Shown here: positions 42,726 through 55,924 of the stretch, piece by piece
How the letters are laid out: every line of letters starts with the position of its first letter
Position numbering within the stretch: the stretch's first letter is position 1
DNA from: Camelus ferus
Taxonomy: Eukaryota
Assembly: GCF_009834535.1 (NCBI RefSeq)
Contig: NC_045696.1
Location: 120,592,001 to 120,656,000, forward strand
DNA: 64,000 nt
Direction: 5' to 3'
Made by a program: the position numbers and the translations under genes
The notes under the pieces: generated by a model
What the model was told of the DNA's origin: nothing
Database searches by the model: none
Seen by the model: the letters and a program-made list of their open reading frames with translations, nothing else

Positions 42726-43080
42726 TGTTAGGTAGTTTAGATAGAAATGAGCACTGGGCAGGGGGAGAGGAAGGGGAAAGGAACAATTCAGACCACAAGG
42801 AACCTGAGCTGTCAATCAACCAGAGCACAGGGAACCTGAGTTGTCTACCAATCAATCAGTCAATCATGAAACCAGAATATAAAAACAGGAAAAATGGGGG
42901 AACAGCGCCATTTTTCCTCTCTTGGTTGGCCTGCTCCCAATTCTCGGGAGCGCACTATCTCTTACTTTTTCACTTCACTAATAAAAATCTTGTTTATATC
43001 ACACTTTCTGTCTCTCATCAAGTCTTTTTTTCGGGTGACTAACAACTGAGGTAATTCTTATTTTCCTTTTCCTGGTAACA
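42726..43080 (+). mobile_element. Complete solo LTR (probably ERV1 class), 355 bp, in intron 2
   Basis: TGTTA...TAACA inverted termini, perfect 4-bp TSD CACT (42722-42725, 43081-43084), CCAAT (~42847), TATA-like ATATAAAA (~42877), AATAAA (~42980). Confidence 0.88.
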
Positions 43081-43779
43081 CACTGATCAAGTTGGGACTT
43101 TGATGAATTATATTTCTCATATTGTTATATTTACAACCTGGAGGCTAACCATCTCATCAAAAATACCTCTCTCAGCATTACCCGGGGACACAGATTAGCG
43201 AGCTGAACAGATCAACAGAGGTACCATCCCGTGTAACAATTCTCACTCCTTCCCCTAGATGAAATACACTTCTCCATTAATCATGTTAACTTTTCCTAAA
43301 TAATCTAAAATACAGCTCAGTTTTCTTTGTAGGAAACCTACAGGTGAGAAAAAGATTAAAGCCAACCTTCGGAAATTTTACCCAAAAAATGGCACTGATA
43401 CCTGAGTTCATACGGCATTCCTCCAGGTACCATCCTCAGCCCACCTCTTCCCAGAAGTTCACAGATAACCTAGAACACATGACCAAGCTTCCTGTGCTCT
43501 GTGGATGTCAAATAAAGTATATGAATGTACAACACTTTTTCCCAAGGAAGGAGGTCACCGGTTTCATTAAAGTCTTCAAGGGGACTCAAAAAAGCTTAAG
43601 AATCACTTCTCCACATACCCTTCCTGGCTATGAACTCATTCCCTTGGCTACAGTAGCTGAGTCCTGATAACTACCAAATCCCCACCCCACCCCTCTAGGC
43701 ATCAAACCTTTGTAACCAACTCCCTGCTGCGCATCTTCCCCTGCGGGTCCCACACACCTCCTACTCCGCGTCCAGTACC

Positions 43780-44610
43780 GACCTCAGCAACTTCCCACCC
43801 TCGCCTGTTCTTCCTCCCGTGTCTCCCATCTCACTGACTGGTATCATCTCCCCAGCTCCCCAAGCCAAACTGGGGAAGGAAAAGCAGCGTTCCTGATCCT
43901 CCGGTCACCGAATCCTAACAACTCCACCCACTAATTATCTCTGAAGCATTACTTTTCTCCACCCCCACCTCCAACTGGCACAACTTAAAACCAGTAAGGG
44001 TCAAGGCATCTGGACTGTGGCGGCTGATGAGTAGCCGTTTTTCCCGTCCGTCTCGAGTGCAGCCCCTCTGCAATCCACTCTCTGCGCTCCAGTGTCTGGT
44101 CTAAAGCACCTATCAATAACTTCCCCATAGACGAGCACGGCAGGCCAGACCCCTTCCTACCTGGGCCTTGCTTACTTCACACACTACATTCCAGATGTAC
44201 TGAATTACTTAAAGTGACCTAAGGCATCAGGGCATTACATTCTGGTCTTCAAATCTCCGTGAAGCAACACCCTCTGCCTGAAACAAACTACCCTTATGAC
44301 TGCTGCTTTCACTTTCAGGTCCCAGTTTAAACATCATCCTTCCAACAAAGACGCCTTCCTGGTCCTGCTGTCACCGCCTTGGAGACTAACTTAAGTGTCC
44401 GTACGTTTCTGTAACACACCCTATGCTTACCACCACCACAAGTCACAGAGCACTGAACAATGTCTTTTTTCGTTATCACACCTAGCTCCCCATTAAAGTG
44501 TAAGCACCCAGAAAAGAGAAACATAACCATCCACCCACATCTCCAGTGCTTACGACAGTGGACACATACAAAAGGCAAGAATTCAAACAGTTAAGCATCT
44601 GAATGAGTGG
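43780..44610. mobile_element. LINE-2 fragment
   Basis: gtctcccatctcactgactggtatc...cccaagccaaac...tttaaacatcatccttcc...cccacatctccagtgctt...tgaatgagtgg. Confidence 0.6.
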
Positions 44611-44798
44611 ACCACTCTTTGCATTTTCTAGGTACTTAATCACGTCCAGTGAACAAATGCTGCATCTACCTGAACAGTGTATGAGGATTTATCAAAAAGT
44701 TAAGTTTTCAGCAAACAGGGATTAAAAAGAAGCTACATCTCTATGTTTAAGAGTTAAAATAAATGCGCACTCCCCTGGCAGCAAATGTGCCCAACTCA

Positions 44799-45575
<777 letters not shown>

Positions 45576-46302
45576 CTATTTAAAAAAAAAAAAAAAGTGG
45601 GGAGAGGAAGGGGGGAGGGAGGAGAAAAAGAGAAAGGGAAAAAAAATAAACAAGCAATGAAACACCACTATTTACGTGGGCTCTTCCTAAAAGATGCACC
45701 GTATTTCTCTTCCACTGACAGCACTGCACTTAGCCTTCTAGAAGCCTGTAAATTTCAGACATATTTATCTAAAAACACCTTTTTACCTTGCCCTTTCCAG
45801 AAGCTGACCTATATTTAAGCAGTCCCTTTCAATATTAACTTGAAAATACCAGAGTGTGTATTTTCTGGTCTTTAAATTTAAAATTTAATGAGCCTTTACT
45901 ATGTGCTCAGTATTGTGCTCAGGGCTCTAAGAGTCACAAAAGTACTACATGACAGTCTCTGTCCAAGAACTTGTGCTCTCGAATATAAACCCAGGCACAT
46001 TAAAAACGTAAACCTGACCAAGAGTCGCCTAGTATAAATAGGTCAGGCTACAAAACTCCAAAAGGCCAGCATATCCTGGCCCTTCCAGCCTAACTCTAGT
46101 GTGCCTTCCCACTCAGCTCACAGAAGTCACAGAGTTTCTTGATTTGCAACAGCGACAGGGAAGAAACCCTGGCAGAGCTGTTAAAGAAAAGTATACCAAA
46201 ACACACGCTGGACAAACAGAGCCCAGGATTCTCCAGGCTCAGCCTCTGCAGAACATAAAAACAAAAACGGACACACGGCCATGCACACGTGCGAACATTT
46301 AC

Positions 46303-46790
46303 CCTGGGACTCTGGGATGTGTTGCAAGTCGACCGCTACCTCGCCCTGAGGTCCTGGCGGGTTCTGGGCCGGGAAGGGAGTCGGCAGCCTGGCGCGTCTC
46401 CTCCACGAGAGCCCTCTTCAAAGGCAGGAGGTGGGATCCCGGGGAAGGGACGCGGAGAGGTCCAGGCTCCAGGACCCCGGTGGTCCGCGGGGAGGCGAGG
46501 AAGCTCCCGGGCCGCAGCGGACACAGCTGAGGAGATGCCGGCCCCTCCTCCGCCCCGTCGGCCACGGGATCCCGGGCCTCGCCCTCCTCTCGCGTGGACC
46601 TGGCCCTCGAGGCACTCCGACTCCTCGAGGGCCTCCCCACCCGCGGGCCGGCGGATCCTGGAAGGCAGGGACGGAGACAGTTCCAGGGAAGATCCGCCGC
46701 TCTCGCTGCTGCAGACGCCCCAAACACCGAGCTCCCGGGAAAGCCGCCGGCTCTGACCTCACTTCCTGTCGCGGGCGGAAGTGACGACGC
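46303..46790 (-). other. PIK3R4: Probable non-coding exon 1 (5'UTR) of PIK3R4; both ends uncertain
   Basis: Exon 2 opens with an acceptor, so an upstream exon is required. GC-rich segment downstream of the ETS motifs; best donor AGG|gtaaat at 46303/46302, alternative GAG|gtagcg at 46340/46339; I found no ATG on the sense strand here. Confidence 0.6.
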
Positions 46791-46960
46791 CGCCAGGCTT
46801 GAGGAAGAGCGCGAGTTTGGAGCTGGTTGCTAGGAAACGAAGGGGCGTGGCCTCGCGGCGGGCGCCCGAAGGAAGAAAGACGCTCTGACCGTAGACTGTT
46901 CGCCATCCTGCTCTTGTCGCTGATTCCAAACTCTGAAGCTTTCCGACATCTCCGAGACCT
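46320..46960. promoter_or_regulatory. CpG island / TATA-less promoter of PIK3R4
   Basis: Abrupt GC/CpG-dense block; ETS/GABPA-type sites ACTTCCTG (46761) and GCGGAAGTG (46775), SP/KLF box GGGGCGTGGC (46842), YY1-like CGCCATC (46901). Confidence 0.88.
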
Positions 46961-47049
46961 GCTCAGACGCCCTTCACCCAAGGACACTAGAACAGAGTTA
47001 AGAGAATTCACAGGCTTATTTAGGAAATTTAATACATCCCAGGTCAAAT

Positions 47050-48020
47050 TGTGTAAGAGCTTAATAGAGATATAATTTGCATACTATTAAGTTCACCTGT
47101 TTAAAATACACAAATCAATGGGGTTTCACACATTTTAGTGCTATCATCCCTATAATCTAATTTTAAAACAGTTTCCTGAGCCCCAAAATGAAACCCTGTA
47201 ACTATTAGCAGTCACTCCCCATCCACCCCATTGCTCCTCCCGTTGGAACCCCCAGGCAGTCACTAATCCGCTTTTCTGTTGTCTGTTCTGGACATTTCGT
47301 ATAAACGGTAAACAACACGTGGTCTTTGAGACTGCTTTCATTTCACGTAATTTTGAGGATTATCCTTGCTGTGGCTCATATCAGCATTCCATTTCTTTTT
47401 ATTGCCAAATATTCTAGTGTATGGATATTCCACATTTTGTTCATCCATTCATTCCGTGATAAACATTTGGGGGTTTCCACTTTTTGACTATTACGAATAG
47501 TGCTGCTGTGAATATTCATGTGTAAGGCTTTGAGTAGTCATATGTTTCCACTCCTCTTCAATAAGTGAGTGATTTGTGGAGTCACATGGTAACTCTATGT
47601 TTAACATGCTGAGAAACTGCCAAACTGTTTTCCAAAGTTGTTGTACCATTTTACATTCCTGCCAGCAATTTATGAGGACTCCAGTTTCTCCAAATCCTCA
47701 ATGGCACGTGTTATTATCTATCTTTATAATTATAGCCACCTCTTGGGTGTGAAGTAGTATCTCATTGTGGTTTTTATTTGTGTTTTCCTAATGACTAATG
47801 ATGTTGAGCAACTTTTCACGTCCTCACTGCTATTTTGTACATCTTCTTTGGAGTAATATCTATTCAAATCCTTTACCCATTTTCCAATCGGGTCATCTTT
47901 TTATTATTGAGTTTAAGAATTTTTATATATTTTGGATACAAGTCCCTTTCAGATTTGAAAATGGTTTTTCTCTGTGTTGTCTTTTCACTTTCTTATTGGT
48001 GTCTTTTGAAACAAAATTTT
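47050..48020 (-). mobile_element. Old L1 3' end (L1MB-like) directly upstream of the promoter
   Basis: Reverse-strand L1 phrases gtttccactttttgactattacgaatagtgctgctgtgaatatt, gaaactgccaaactgttttccaaag, gtagtatctcattgtgg. Confidence 0.85.
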
Positions 48021-48049
48021 TTAATCCAGAGCTGATTTTTGTTTTTCAT

Positions 48050-48920
48050 CCCAACAACATCCTCTTGTCCATTCTTCCCTGTTTCAGTAGACAGCACTGC
48101 TACCCACTGGATTCCTCAAACTACAGATTAGGAAATCCTTAGACTGTCCTCAGCATCCTTCTACTCTCTCTTTCCTTCAGTGACCCCACTCAATAATCAC
48201 CTGCTCTTGCTAATTCCACCCCTAAATGTGCTCTGAAGCCACGCACTGCCATCTAAGCCAAACCAGGGCCTAAGCCAAACCACCATCATTGTTGTGATGT
48301 CTGGACTTTGAAACCTACTCAGAAAAGGCATTTCACCCCCACAATATTATTTTTTATACTTCTCCCATGATTTCTTCTGGGTCTTTTTGTATTTTAAAAT
48401 TTCTTAAGTATGTGTTTTAATCATTGTAAAATTGTCTCAACATCTGACATGGCTACTACTCCAGTCATCTTGTTTAAAATGCAACTATAATTATGACATC
48501 TATGCTTACATCCTTCCAGATTCTCCCCCTTGTTTTTAGGCTAATATTAAAAATCCTTAATTTGGCCTACAAAACGCTGCATGAGCTGACCCCTGCCCAC
48601 ACTGCCAAAATCTGCTTATCTTTCAAGTTCCAGATTAAGTAGCAACACTTCAGAAAAGTCTCCCCTAAAGCATCCCCCACCCCAGCCAACTTCCACCAGT
48701 ATATAATAATATATTAAAAAGTTCATGGACCCTGAACTTTTTCCTTATAGCCTTTATTATCATTGAGATCATTTAATTTTAGGACGTAACTATTTGCTTA
48801 ATGTCTGTTTTCCCACCGGGCCATAAACCCCCTGAGAACAATATTTTTGTAATTCTTACTCAACACCTAGAGCAGTATCTGGCATCTTGTAGGCATTCAA
48901 CAGATACTTGATGAATCAAT
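48050..48920. mobile_element. LINE-2 fragments
   Basis: aaaatccttaatttggcctacaaaacgctgcatgagctgacccctgccc...acacctagagcagtatctggcatcttgtaggcattcaacagatacttgatgaatcaat. Confidence 0.65.
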
Positions 48921-49489
48921 AGGTGTGGCCTTGTCAGGTTTGTGACCATTAACGCCAAGGTCATGAGACCTAGGACAAAGAATGTCTAAAATACACATTT
49001 AGAATTAGTATACACATACAGTTATTTAGCTGATAATAATTAAAGATTATGTTTACATTTCAGACTCTGAACACCATGTAAGTGCTTTAAGCATCTCTCC
49101 AGTAGAGAACTCAGGGTGTAGAAATGAAATAAATCTGTCTGAATTTAGATTACTGTTGCATTTTCTCCACATCTATTTTTTTTTGCACCACTACATTTTG
49201 TGAAATAACTCATGAAATATTTTTAATACCTTCTATACTCACCTCTATGGTTTTCTTTCCTTTTCTTTCTTTTTTTCTGTTTTTAAATAGCAATCATGGC
49301 TACCAATGAGGCTTTTGAAAAGGAATCTCACCTGGTGCTTTACAGAGTAAATAAAAAATTATAAAATTTGCTTGCCACTGGTGCAGTAAAAAGAAGAAAG
49401 CGCCCGCAAACACTCCTCTGTCCTCTGGCTAGTGGCCTCTCAGCTGCATTGTGGCAGTGACGAAAAAAATAGATGTTTCTGGAAAAAAG

Positions 49490-50325
49490 CTGCCCTATAG
49501 AAACTCTATTTTCCAGCCCCACCCCATCCCTCCCCTTGCATCTAAGTGGGGCCACTGGACTAGCTCTGTGAAGTGCATGTGGAAATGATGTGTTTCCTTC
49601 TGAGTCAAGGCAGTTAAGAGGACAGTGACTTTCTCCACTCTCCTCTCCTTTCAGCCTAGATGCAGGGTCTCAAAGCCTTAGGGAACGCGAGAGTCGCACA
49701 GCGGTAGGAGCCTGTGTCCCTGAGGTGCAGCCTGGAGGAAGACCGCCTGTTAAACAGCAATACCCATGGAGCGCTTTTACACAAGCAAAGCAAACACCTG
49801 CGTCTTCAGCGTACTGACCAGGGATCTCGGCCTCCTTAATAACAGAAATCGGTAAGAGGCCAGAGGAGGAATTCAGGCAAGGCCTTATTGGGACTCTTGC
49901 TGCCGCAGGAAGGAGAGAAAAGTAACAGATGCTCTTGCTCCAAGTTGAGGGTGGGGGAGGTGCTGGTCCCTTACACGGGGAGAGGGTAGGGATGGGTCCA
50001 GGGGTTGGGCTGGAGGGGTGGCTGAGCTGGTCTGCCCACCTCCTTGGTGGGGCAGCGTGCAGGGATCGTGCAGGGATCATGCTCAGTAACCAGCTTCTGC
50101 TCCTGGCACGTTAAAGTGGCAGTTGGGGTTTTGGTCTTTTTGTATCCTGTAATTCCTTACTTGCCCCAACTGTGCATGCACAGTTATTTTTAGTCCCTTA
50201 TAGTTTCATTGTGTTCTGTTGTTCCATCCAGGCGGAAGCACTGCAGCCCAGGTCCCATCTCGTCTCATCAAGCCAGTGAAATGTTAGCACTTATTTGCTA
50301 CAGTCATCAGCCTCACCTTAACAAA
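49490..50325 (+). mobile_element. MLT1J-like MaLR LTR interrupted by a younger LTR
   Basis: ctccccttgcatctaagtggggccactggactagctctg...tgagtcaaggcagttaagag; resumes as aagccagtgaaatgttagcacttatttgctacag after 50268. Confidence 0.6.
49810..50267 (-). mobile_element. ERV1-type solo LTR nested in MLT1
   Basis: Reverse strand starts TGAGACGAGATGGGACC, contains TATA-like ctataagg and AATAAG; near-TSD tcag (49806-49809) / tcaa (50268-50271); GC/CpG richer than its host element. Confidence 0.7.
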
Positions 50326-50862
50326 CACACCCATATTCCTGGTCTCTGTTCACCCCTACCTCTCCTGGGCTGCTCACCTCACCAGGGCACTTCCCAACCC
50401 GGGAGGTGTTCCCATGGACTCTTGGCAATCCTTGCATCCTAAGGAAAAGGAGCAAAGAGAATCCCTAATGGAAACAAAAACAACACCTTCCAGTTAATAG
50501 TAGATGTCTTCTCTTTTTGTAGAAGATTTCCAGCTAATCATGTAAATGGAATTATGGAAAACTACATGTTTGTAATTTGCAGTATAATCTTTGCCGTATA
50601 ATCACCACAAGCGTTAAAAACGGAGTCTAAAATCATTGGGTAAGAGGTTCTGAGGCAACAAAATCTGTTCATTGCGCCCAAAGAATACCTACAGGTTACT
50701 TTTTATGTTAGAAAGGGAAAAATTAACCTTTTATGATGAAAAACTCTGGCAGAAAACCCCTTTATTCAGGTGATCAAGCTTAGCATCACTAATAGTACAC
50801 GATATCAACCATGAAGCATTCTTACCAAGAATATTCAACTTGAATCTAATCAACCTCTTGAC

Positions 50863-51322
50863 CTCACTGTCCAACATGGTAGCCACTAGCCACAGCTGAC
50901 ACACTTGAAATGTGGCTCCTCCAAATTAAGATGCACCCTAAGTGTGAAAAACACACAGCTTTTAAAGTACTCAATACCAAAAGAATTTTTTAAAAAACTC
51001 ATTGATACCTGTTTATACTGGATTATATATTGAAATCATATTTTTAAAATATTGGGTTAAATAAATATCTTATATAGCATAAAATTAATTTAATCTTTTT
51101 TTACTTTAAAAAATGTGGCTATCGGATTATTTTATTGGGAGGGATAATTAGGTTTATTTGTTATTTTTTAAATTATTATTATTTTAATGGAGGTACTGGG
51201 TCTTGAACCCAGGATCTTGTGCATACTAAGCAGGCACTCTACCACTGAGCTATACCCCCCACCCCAGATCACTTCAAATTACATATGTGGCTCAGGCTAT
51301 ATTTTTATTAGACAGTCCTGCT
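50863..51322. mobile_element. MER33-like hAT-Charlie fossil split by a SINE
   Basis: cactgtccaacatggtagccactagccac...acttgaaatgtggct ... aattacatatgtggctc...atatttttattagacag. Confidence 0.8.
51128..51265 (-). mobile_element. Vic-1-type SINE (long form)
   Basis: Reverse strand GGGGGTATAGCTCAGTGGTAGAGTGCCTGCTTAGTATGCACAAGATCCTGGGTTCAAGACCCAGTACCTCCA + aataaacctaattatccctccc tail. Confidence 0.88.
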
Positions 51323-53072
51323 CTTGACCTATCTTCCAGCTTATAAAAAGAAATAAAAGAGATAGAGGAATAATTTACACAACACCATCAGGAAATAATC
51401 TGACAAATCTAGAAAAATGGAACATAAGCCTGGATTCTTCAAAAAAAACAGTGGAAAAATTTTCTAGACTTAAAGACTCTAAAGAGACACAAAGTTCAAA
51501 TGCAGTGTGTAAACCTCAACCAGATTCAGGATTAGAAACATCTGCAAAAGGCATCTTGCATATACGTGGGGAATTCTGAATATGGATGGAATATTTCAGA
51601 CAGAAAAAAATGGCAAAAATGTTTTTTAAATCGCTAATTATTTCAATTTTGCTATCACTTTCTGGGTCTTCTTTTAAAACAGCTAAGCTGTCTGACCTAT
51701 AGCTAGTTCTCCATCACACATCACGGGATAGGATCGGCAGAGTCAAGAGGGCTGGGCTCCTGTGAATATGGAACCTCGGTGGGTAGCTTTGTTCTAGAGC
51801 CAATGGGAATGCAAGAGCTAAAGAAAGTTTTTTAAAAGAAGATGATAGTTGTTCAAAAAAAGATGATAATTAATAAGGGCTATGAAGAAAAAGTACATGG
51901 AAATGAGAACATATAACTGGGGGAGGGCGGTGTTCAGGGAAGGCCTTCCTGAAGGGTCGGTAGTTAACCTGGGGACCAAAAGATGAGCAGTTGGCTACGT
52001 AAGGAATAGGGCCAAGAGAGCTGTGAGCAGAGGAAAGAGTCAAGGTGAAGCCTTGAGAAGCTAAGGCCAGTTTGTGTGTTGGGGGTTGGGGGACATTGAG
52101 TGGGGACAGCTACAGTGTGGGAGGGGGACCACGGGACCCACACATCAAAGCCATCCCCCTACTCTGCCCCTGTTCTTCCACGTCTGCTCCTCTGCCAGTT
52201 CTGTTCCACAAAGGATGTGAAGTGCCTTTACAAAATGAAATCCGACAATGAAAACAGAAGCGAGAAATAGTCATGAAAAGGAACAGAGAACTAGTACGTA
52301 GAATCAGTGAATTGAAATTCAGATGAATTTTCAGTTTAGCTTTGAAATTGTGGCAACTGATCCCAAAGGGTAAACGTGTGGTTTATGTAGTTCCCATTGT
52401 CCAGGAAAGGGAAATTAATTAATATGGAAAGGAAGTTTTTCCCTAGACCAAATTCAAGGTGAGATTTTTACCTTTGAATCTTTATAGAGAAGATGTTGGT
52501 TAACATGTTAAGTAAGCATCATGAGCAAAGATTTTCTACAGAGTTGGGTAAATGGTTCAGCAAATATGGTGCCTATCACTTGGGACACATTCAATATTAC
52601 GCTTATAGCATCTTCTATTTTTCGCTTAATTTCCATCTAAACACCCACTTTCCAGCTCTGTGGCTTTTAACATCATCAGTATGCTGACAATTCTATTTTT
52701 CTTTCCTCTCAAACCCTTACCCAACCCCTGAGCTCAAGTATCCAATACCTATTTGACCTTTATACTTAAGTATGTAATAATAATTTTTAAAAAGACCACT
52801 GCTTGTACAGGGCTTAAAATGTGCCAGATATTAATTCATTTAAACTGCTCACAAATTCCATAAAGTAGATACCTTTCTGGCCCCATTTTTCAGATGATCA
52901 AATGACCCAGAGAGGTAAATAACTTACCTAAGATCAAATTCTTAGTGAGTCCAAAGTAGTAAATGAGAAATACAAAGATACTGAAGTGCCAGACAAGGGT
53001 ATGTGCTAGTTTGAGTAAAGGACAATATTTGACTAGGCAGTGAGTTTATTGGTGGTCTATTCATTAGTGATT

Positions 53073-53158
53073 TTTGTTTTTATAGAGGTGCTGGGGATTG
53101 AACCCAGGACCTCGTGCATGCTAAGCCCGTGCTCTACCACTGAGCTCTGCCCTTCTCC
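53073..53158 (-). mobile_element. Vic-1-type SINE (short form)
   Basis: Reverse strand AGCTCAGTGGTAGAGCACGGGCTTAGCATGCACGAGGTCCTGGGTTCAATCCCCAGCACCTC + A tail; TSD agtgatt (53066, 53159). Confidence 0.88.
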
Positions 53159-54246
53159 AGTGATTCTTTTTTACAATTGTTGATTTCATGTTCAACATTG
53201 TAACCTTGGGCATTAGATAATAAATACATGGTAAATGAAGATTCTCTGAAGTAACTTTATCATGTAATTGCTTCGATTAAATGAGATAGTACTAACATAT
53301 AGTAGGATTTTGACATATATTGTCATTCAAATGGGTGTGTGTGCGTGTGTATCGATTTGAAAAGCTAAATACTTGTGTTCACAGAGGTTACCTCTCATTG
53401 GTTGATATTATTAAAAGCTAAAATTTTAAAGCTAACTTTCTGTATCTAGTATTCTTGCTTCTTATTCATAGTTAATGTTTTATTGTAGAAAAATGAGAAA
53501 ATACAAAGGGCAGAAGATGCATGATTCTGTCAATATTTTAGTGTCCATCTTCCACATTCTTTTGAGTGCCTATTTGTTCATATTTATTTTTGACAAAAAT
53601 AGGGTTATACTTTGCATGCTGATTGGTCAATGAAAAATCGAAAAAACTTTGGAGCCTGAGCTGTATTTGTATAAAGGTTACAATCAGATGGATGAGTTTA
53701 TGAGTGACTAGAAGGCTTGATATATCTATAGATTGATTCTATTGGTCAGTGTTTTCATGAATATTTGACCAAGATAAAGCGTCATTTTCGTGTTAATTTT
53801 GGACACTGCAGTCTCATCCAACATGTAGTTCCAACCACCTTCTCCCTTGCCTGTGTCTACTACAGAGTCTGTAGAAGACAAATGCTTGCTTTTTCTAGTC
53901 CCCCTCATGCTAGAAGTGGCTTTGGGGTGTCGTGCCCATTGAGATATAAGGAGAAATCTGCTAACACCACCTATTCCCATTTGACCTCCTTCCAGCCCTG
54001 ATCACAGGTGTCACGTCTAGAGCAGCAATAGTCATAATGTGACTGCAATTTACGAACAGGAGGAGAAGAGAAGAGAATCACAGAAATGCTGGCCCTGATG
54101 ATGATTAAACCTCTGAACCAATGTCAACGATCCCAGTATCCACATTTCTTATTACATGAGAAAACTAAGCATTTAGGTCACTGATGGTTGGATTTTTCTG
54201 TCACTTTAACCAATTATCTTCCTTAGGTGCTAAAATACTATGAAGT

Positions 54247-54382
54247 GGGAGGAGGGTATAGCTCAGTGATACAATGTATGCCTAGCATGCAGACGAGGCC
54301 CTGGGTTCAATCCCCAGCACCTCCATTAAAAAATAAAGTAAATAAATAAACATGATTACCTCCCTCCATCAAAAAAATAAAA
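54247..54382 (+). mobile_element. Vic-1-type SINE (long form)
   Basis: gggaggagggtatagctcagtg...gcctagcatgcagacgaggccctgggttcaatccccagcacctcca; TSD taaaatactat at 54231 and 54383. Confidence 0.9.
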
Positions 54383-54877
54383 TAAAATACTATAAAAATG
54401 TACAAACTTATCTTGCCCTAGAACTTTTAAGTCCATTAATTCCAGGGGACATCACTGTTTAGACTTTGCAATTGTACTGGAGCTGACTTTTATGTTACTG
54501 TCTGACCTTTCCAGGCCTCTTGTTTGCAGCAGGTGGGAATGCCCATGTGGCTTGAAAAATAAAACTAAACCCGTGGCCTTTAGTGCATGTGTTTCTAGCA
54601 GCTGAATGTGGTTTGCTTGTCAGAATGAAAATTCCCCCTAAAGGTTAATTGATTCAGTTTGACAGTGCTGGCTGCATCGTACGTTAGTATCATGATGTTT
54701 TTGTGAACTAGCGGTAAAGATGGTGGTGTAGAGGAGAATGTGATAGGTGTGGGGTAGGTACGGTTGTTTGGATTGTTTTGCCTTGTTTTTTAATGGAATT
54801 CAGGACGAACGAGACTCCTGTCTCCTGAACGAAACCCTCATGCATATATGGGGATGATCCGATTTAACCGACATGTT

Positions 54878-55440
54878 TGGGTTATCTATTGCTACATGAG
54901 AAATTACATAGTGTTTTGTCATCAGAATATAGTGGTTTAAAATAACAGGAATGTATTATCTCTCACAGTTTCTGTGGCTCTGGAAAATTCAGGCAAGGGC
55001 AGCTCATCTCTGCTTTCTGGGGCCACAGCTGAAGACCTGAAGTCCAATTGCGGGGGCTGGAGCCCCCTGCAGGCTCTTTCACTCACACCTGGAGGCTGGT
55101 GCTGGCAGCGGTGGTGGCCTCACTGGGGGCTCTGAGCTGCAACCCTGCACAGAGCCTCCCTGTGTGGTGGGGGCTTCCTCCCAACATGGCAGATGGGCTT
55201 CCAGGGTGGAATCCAGAGACAGAGCCAAGGAGAAGCTGTGTTGCCTTTTCTAATCTAGCCTCAGGATGACAGTGTCACATCTTCCCCCTTATACTGGGTG
55301 AGGCAATTCCAAAAGTTCCCCTGACTATACACCTCTCAGTGGAGGCATGTCAAACTCATGTTATAAGAAGAGCAAGTGGGATGGAATGTGTGTAACATGT
55401 AGTAGGCACAGTCCATCTTTGGAAGCACTATGTGCCACCA
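54878..55440 (-). mobile_element. MLT1-type MaLR LTR
   Basis: gttatctattgcta...gtggtttaaaataacag...ttatctctcacagtttctgtgg...gggcttcctcccaacatggcag...ccttttctaatctagcctcagga. Confidence 0.75.
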
Positions 55441-55499
55441 TATACTATTATCTGTCTCTTCAGTGAACAGCCATGCCATACATACAAGGGTTTGGATGA

Positions 55500-55710
55500 T
55501 ACTGACAATGTCCAAATATATTGTTTATTGTCACAATGGTGGTGGGGGTGGTGGGGTAGAGATTGCTACTGGCATCTAGTGGTTAGAAGCCAGGCATGCT
55601 GCTAAACATCCTACAAGGCACAGAACAGCCACACACGCACATACATACACACACACACACACACACTCAGAAAGAATTAGCCTTAATAGAGGTCAAGAAA
55701 TCCTGTTTTA
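55500..55710. mobile_element. MER20-like hAT fragment with internal (CA)n
   Basis: tgctactggcatctagtggttagaagccaggcatgctgctaaacatcctacaaggcacagaacagcc. Confidence 0.8.
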
Positions 55711-55924
55711 GAGTATCAACACTCTACAAGTATTCGGAATAATTAGACAGCGGGTGGAGGGACTATAGAAAACATCAAAATTCTAAAAGTCTTCCAACAG
55801 AAAGATTTTATTTGGTATTTGGTATTATGTACTATTTATGGTCGACAAATAGCAAAGGTTATTACATAGGCAAATCTTTTTTCTCAATATATGTTGATCA
55901 TCAAATCCTAGTGAACATAAGTAA

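Noticed and set aside
46099..47075. Overlapping 117-209 aa ORFs at the CpG island
   Set aside because: Pro/Arg/Gly-rich frames on both strands are expected from stop-codon scarcity in GC-rich DNA; no recognisable domain.
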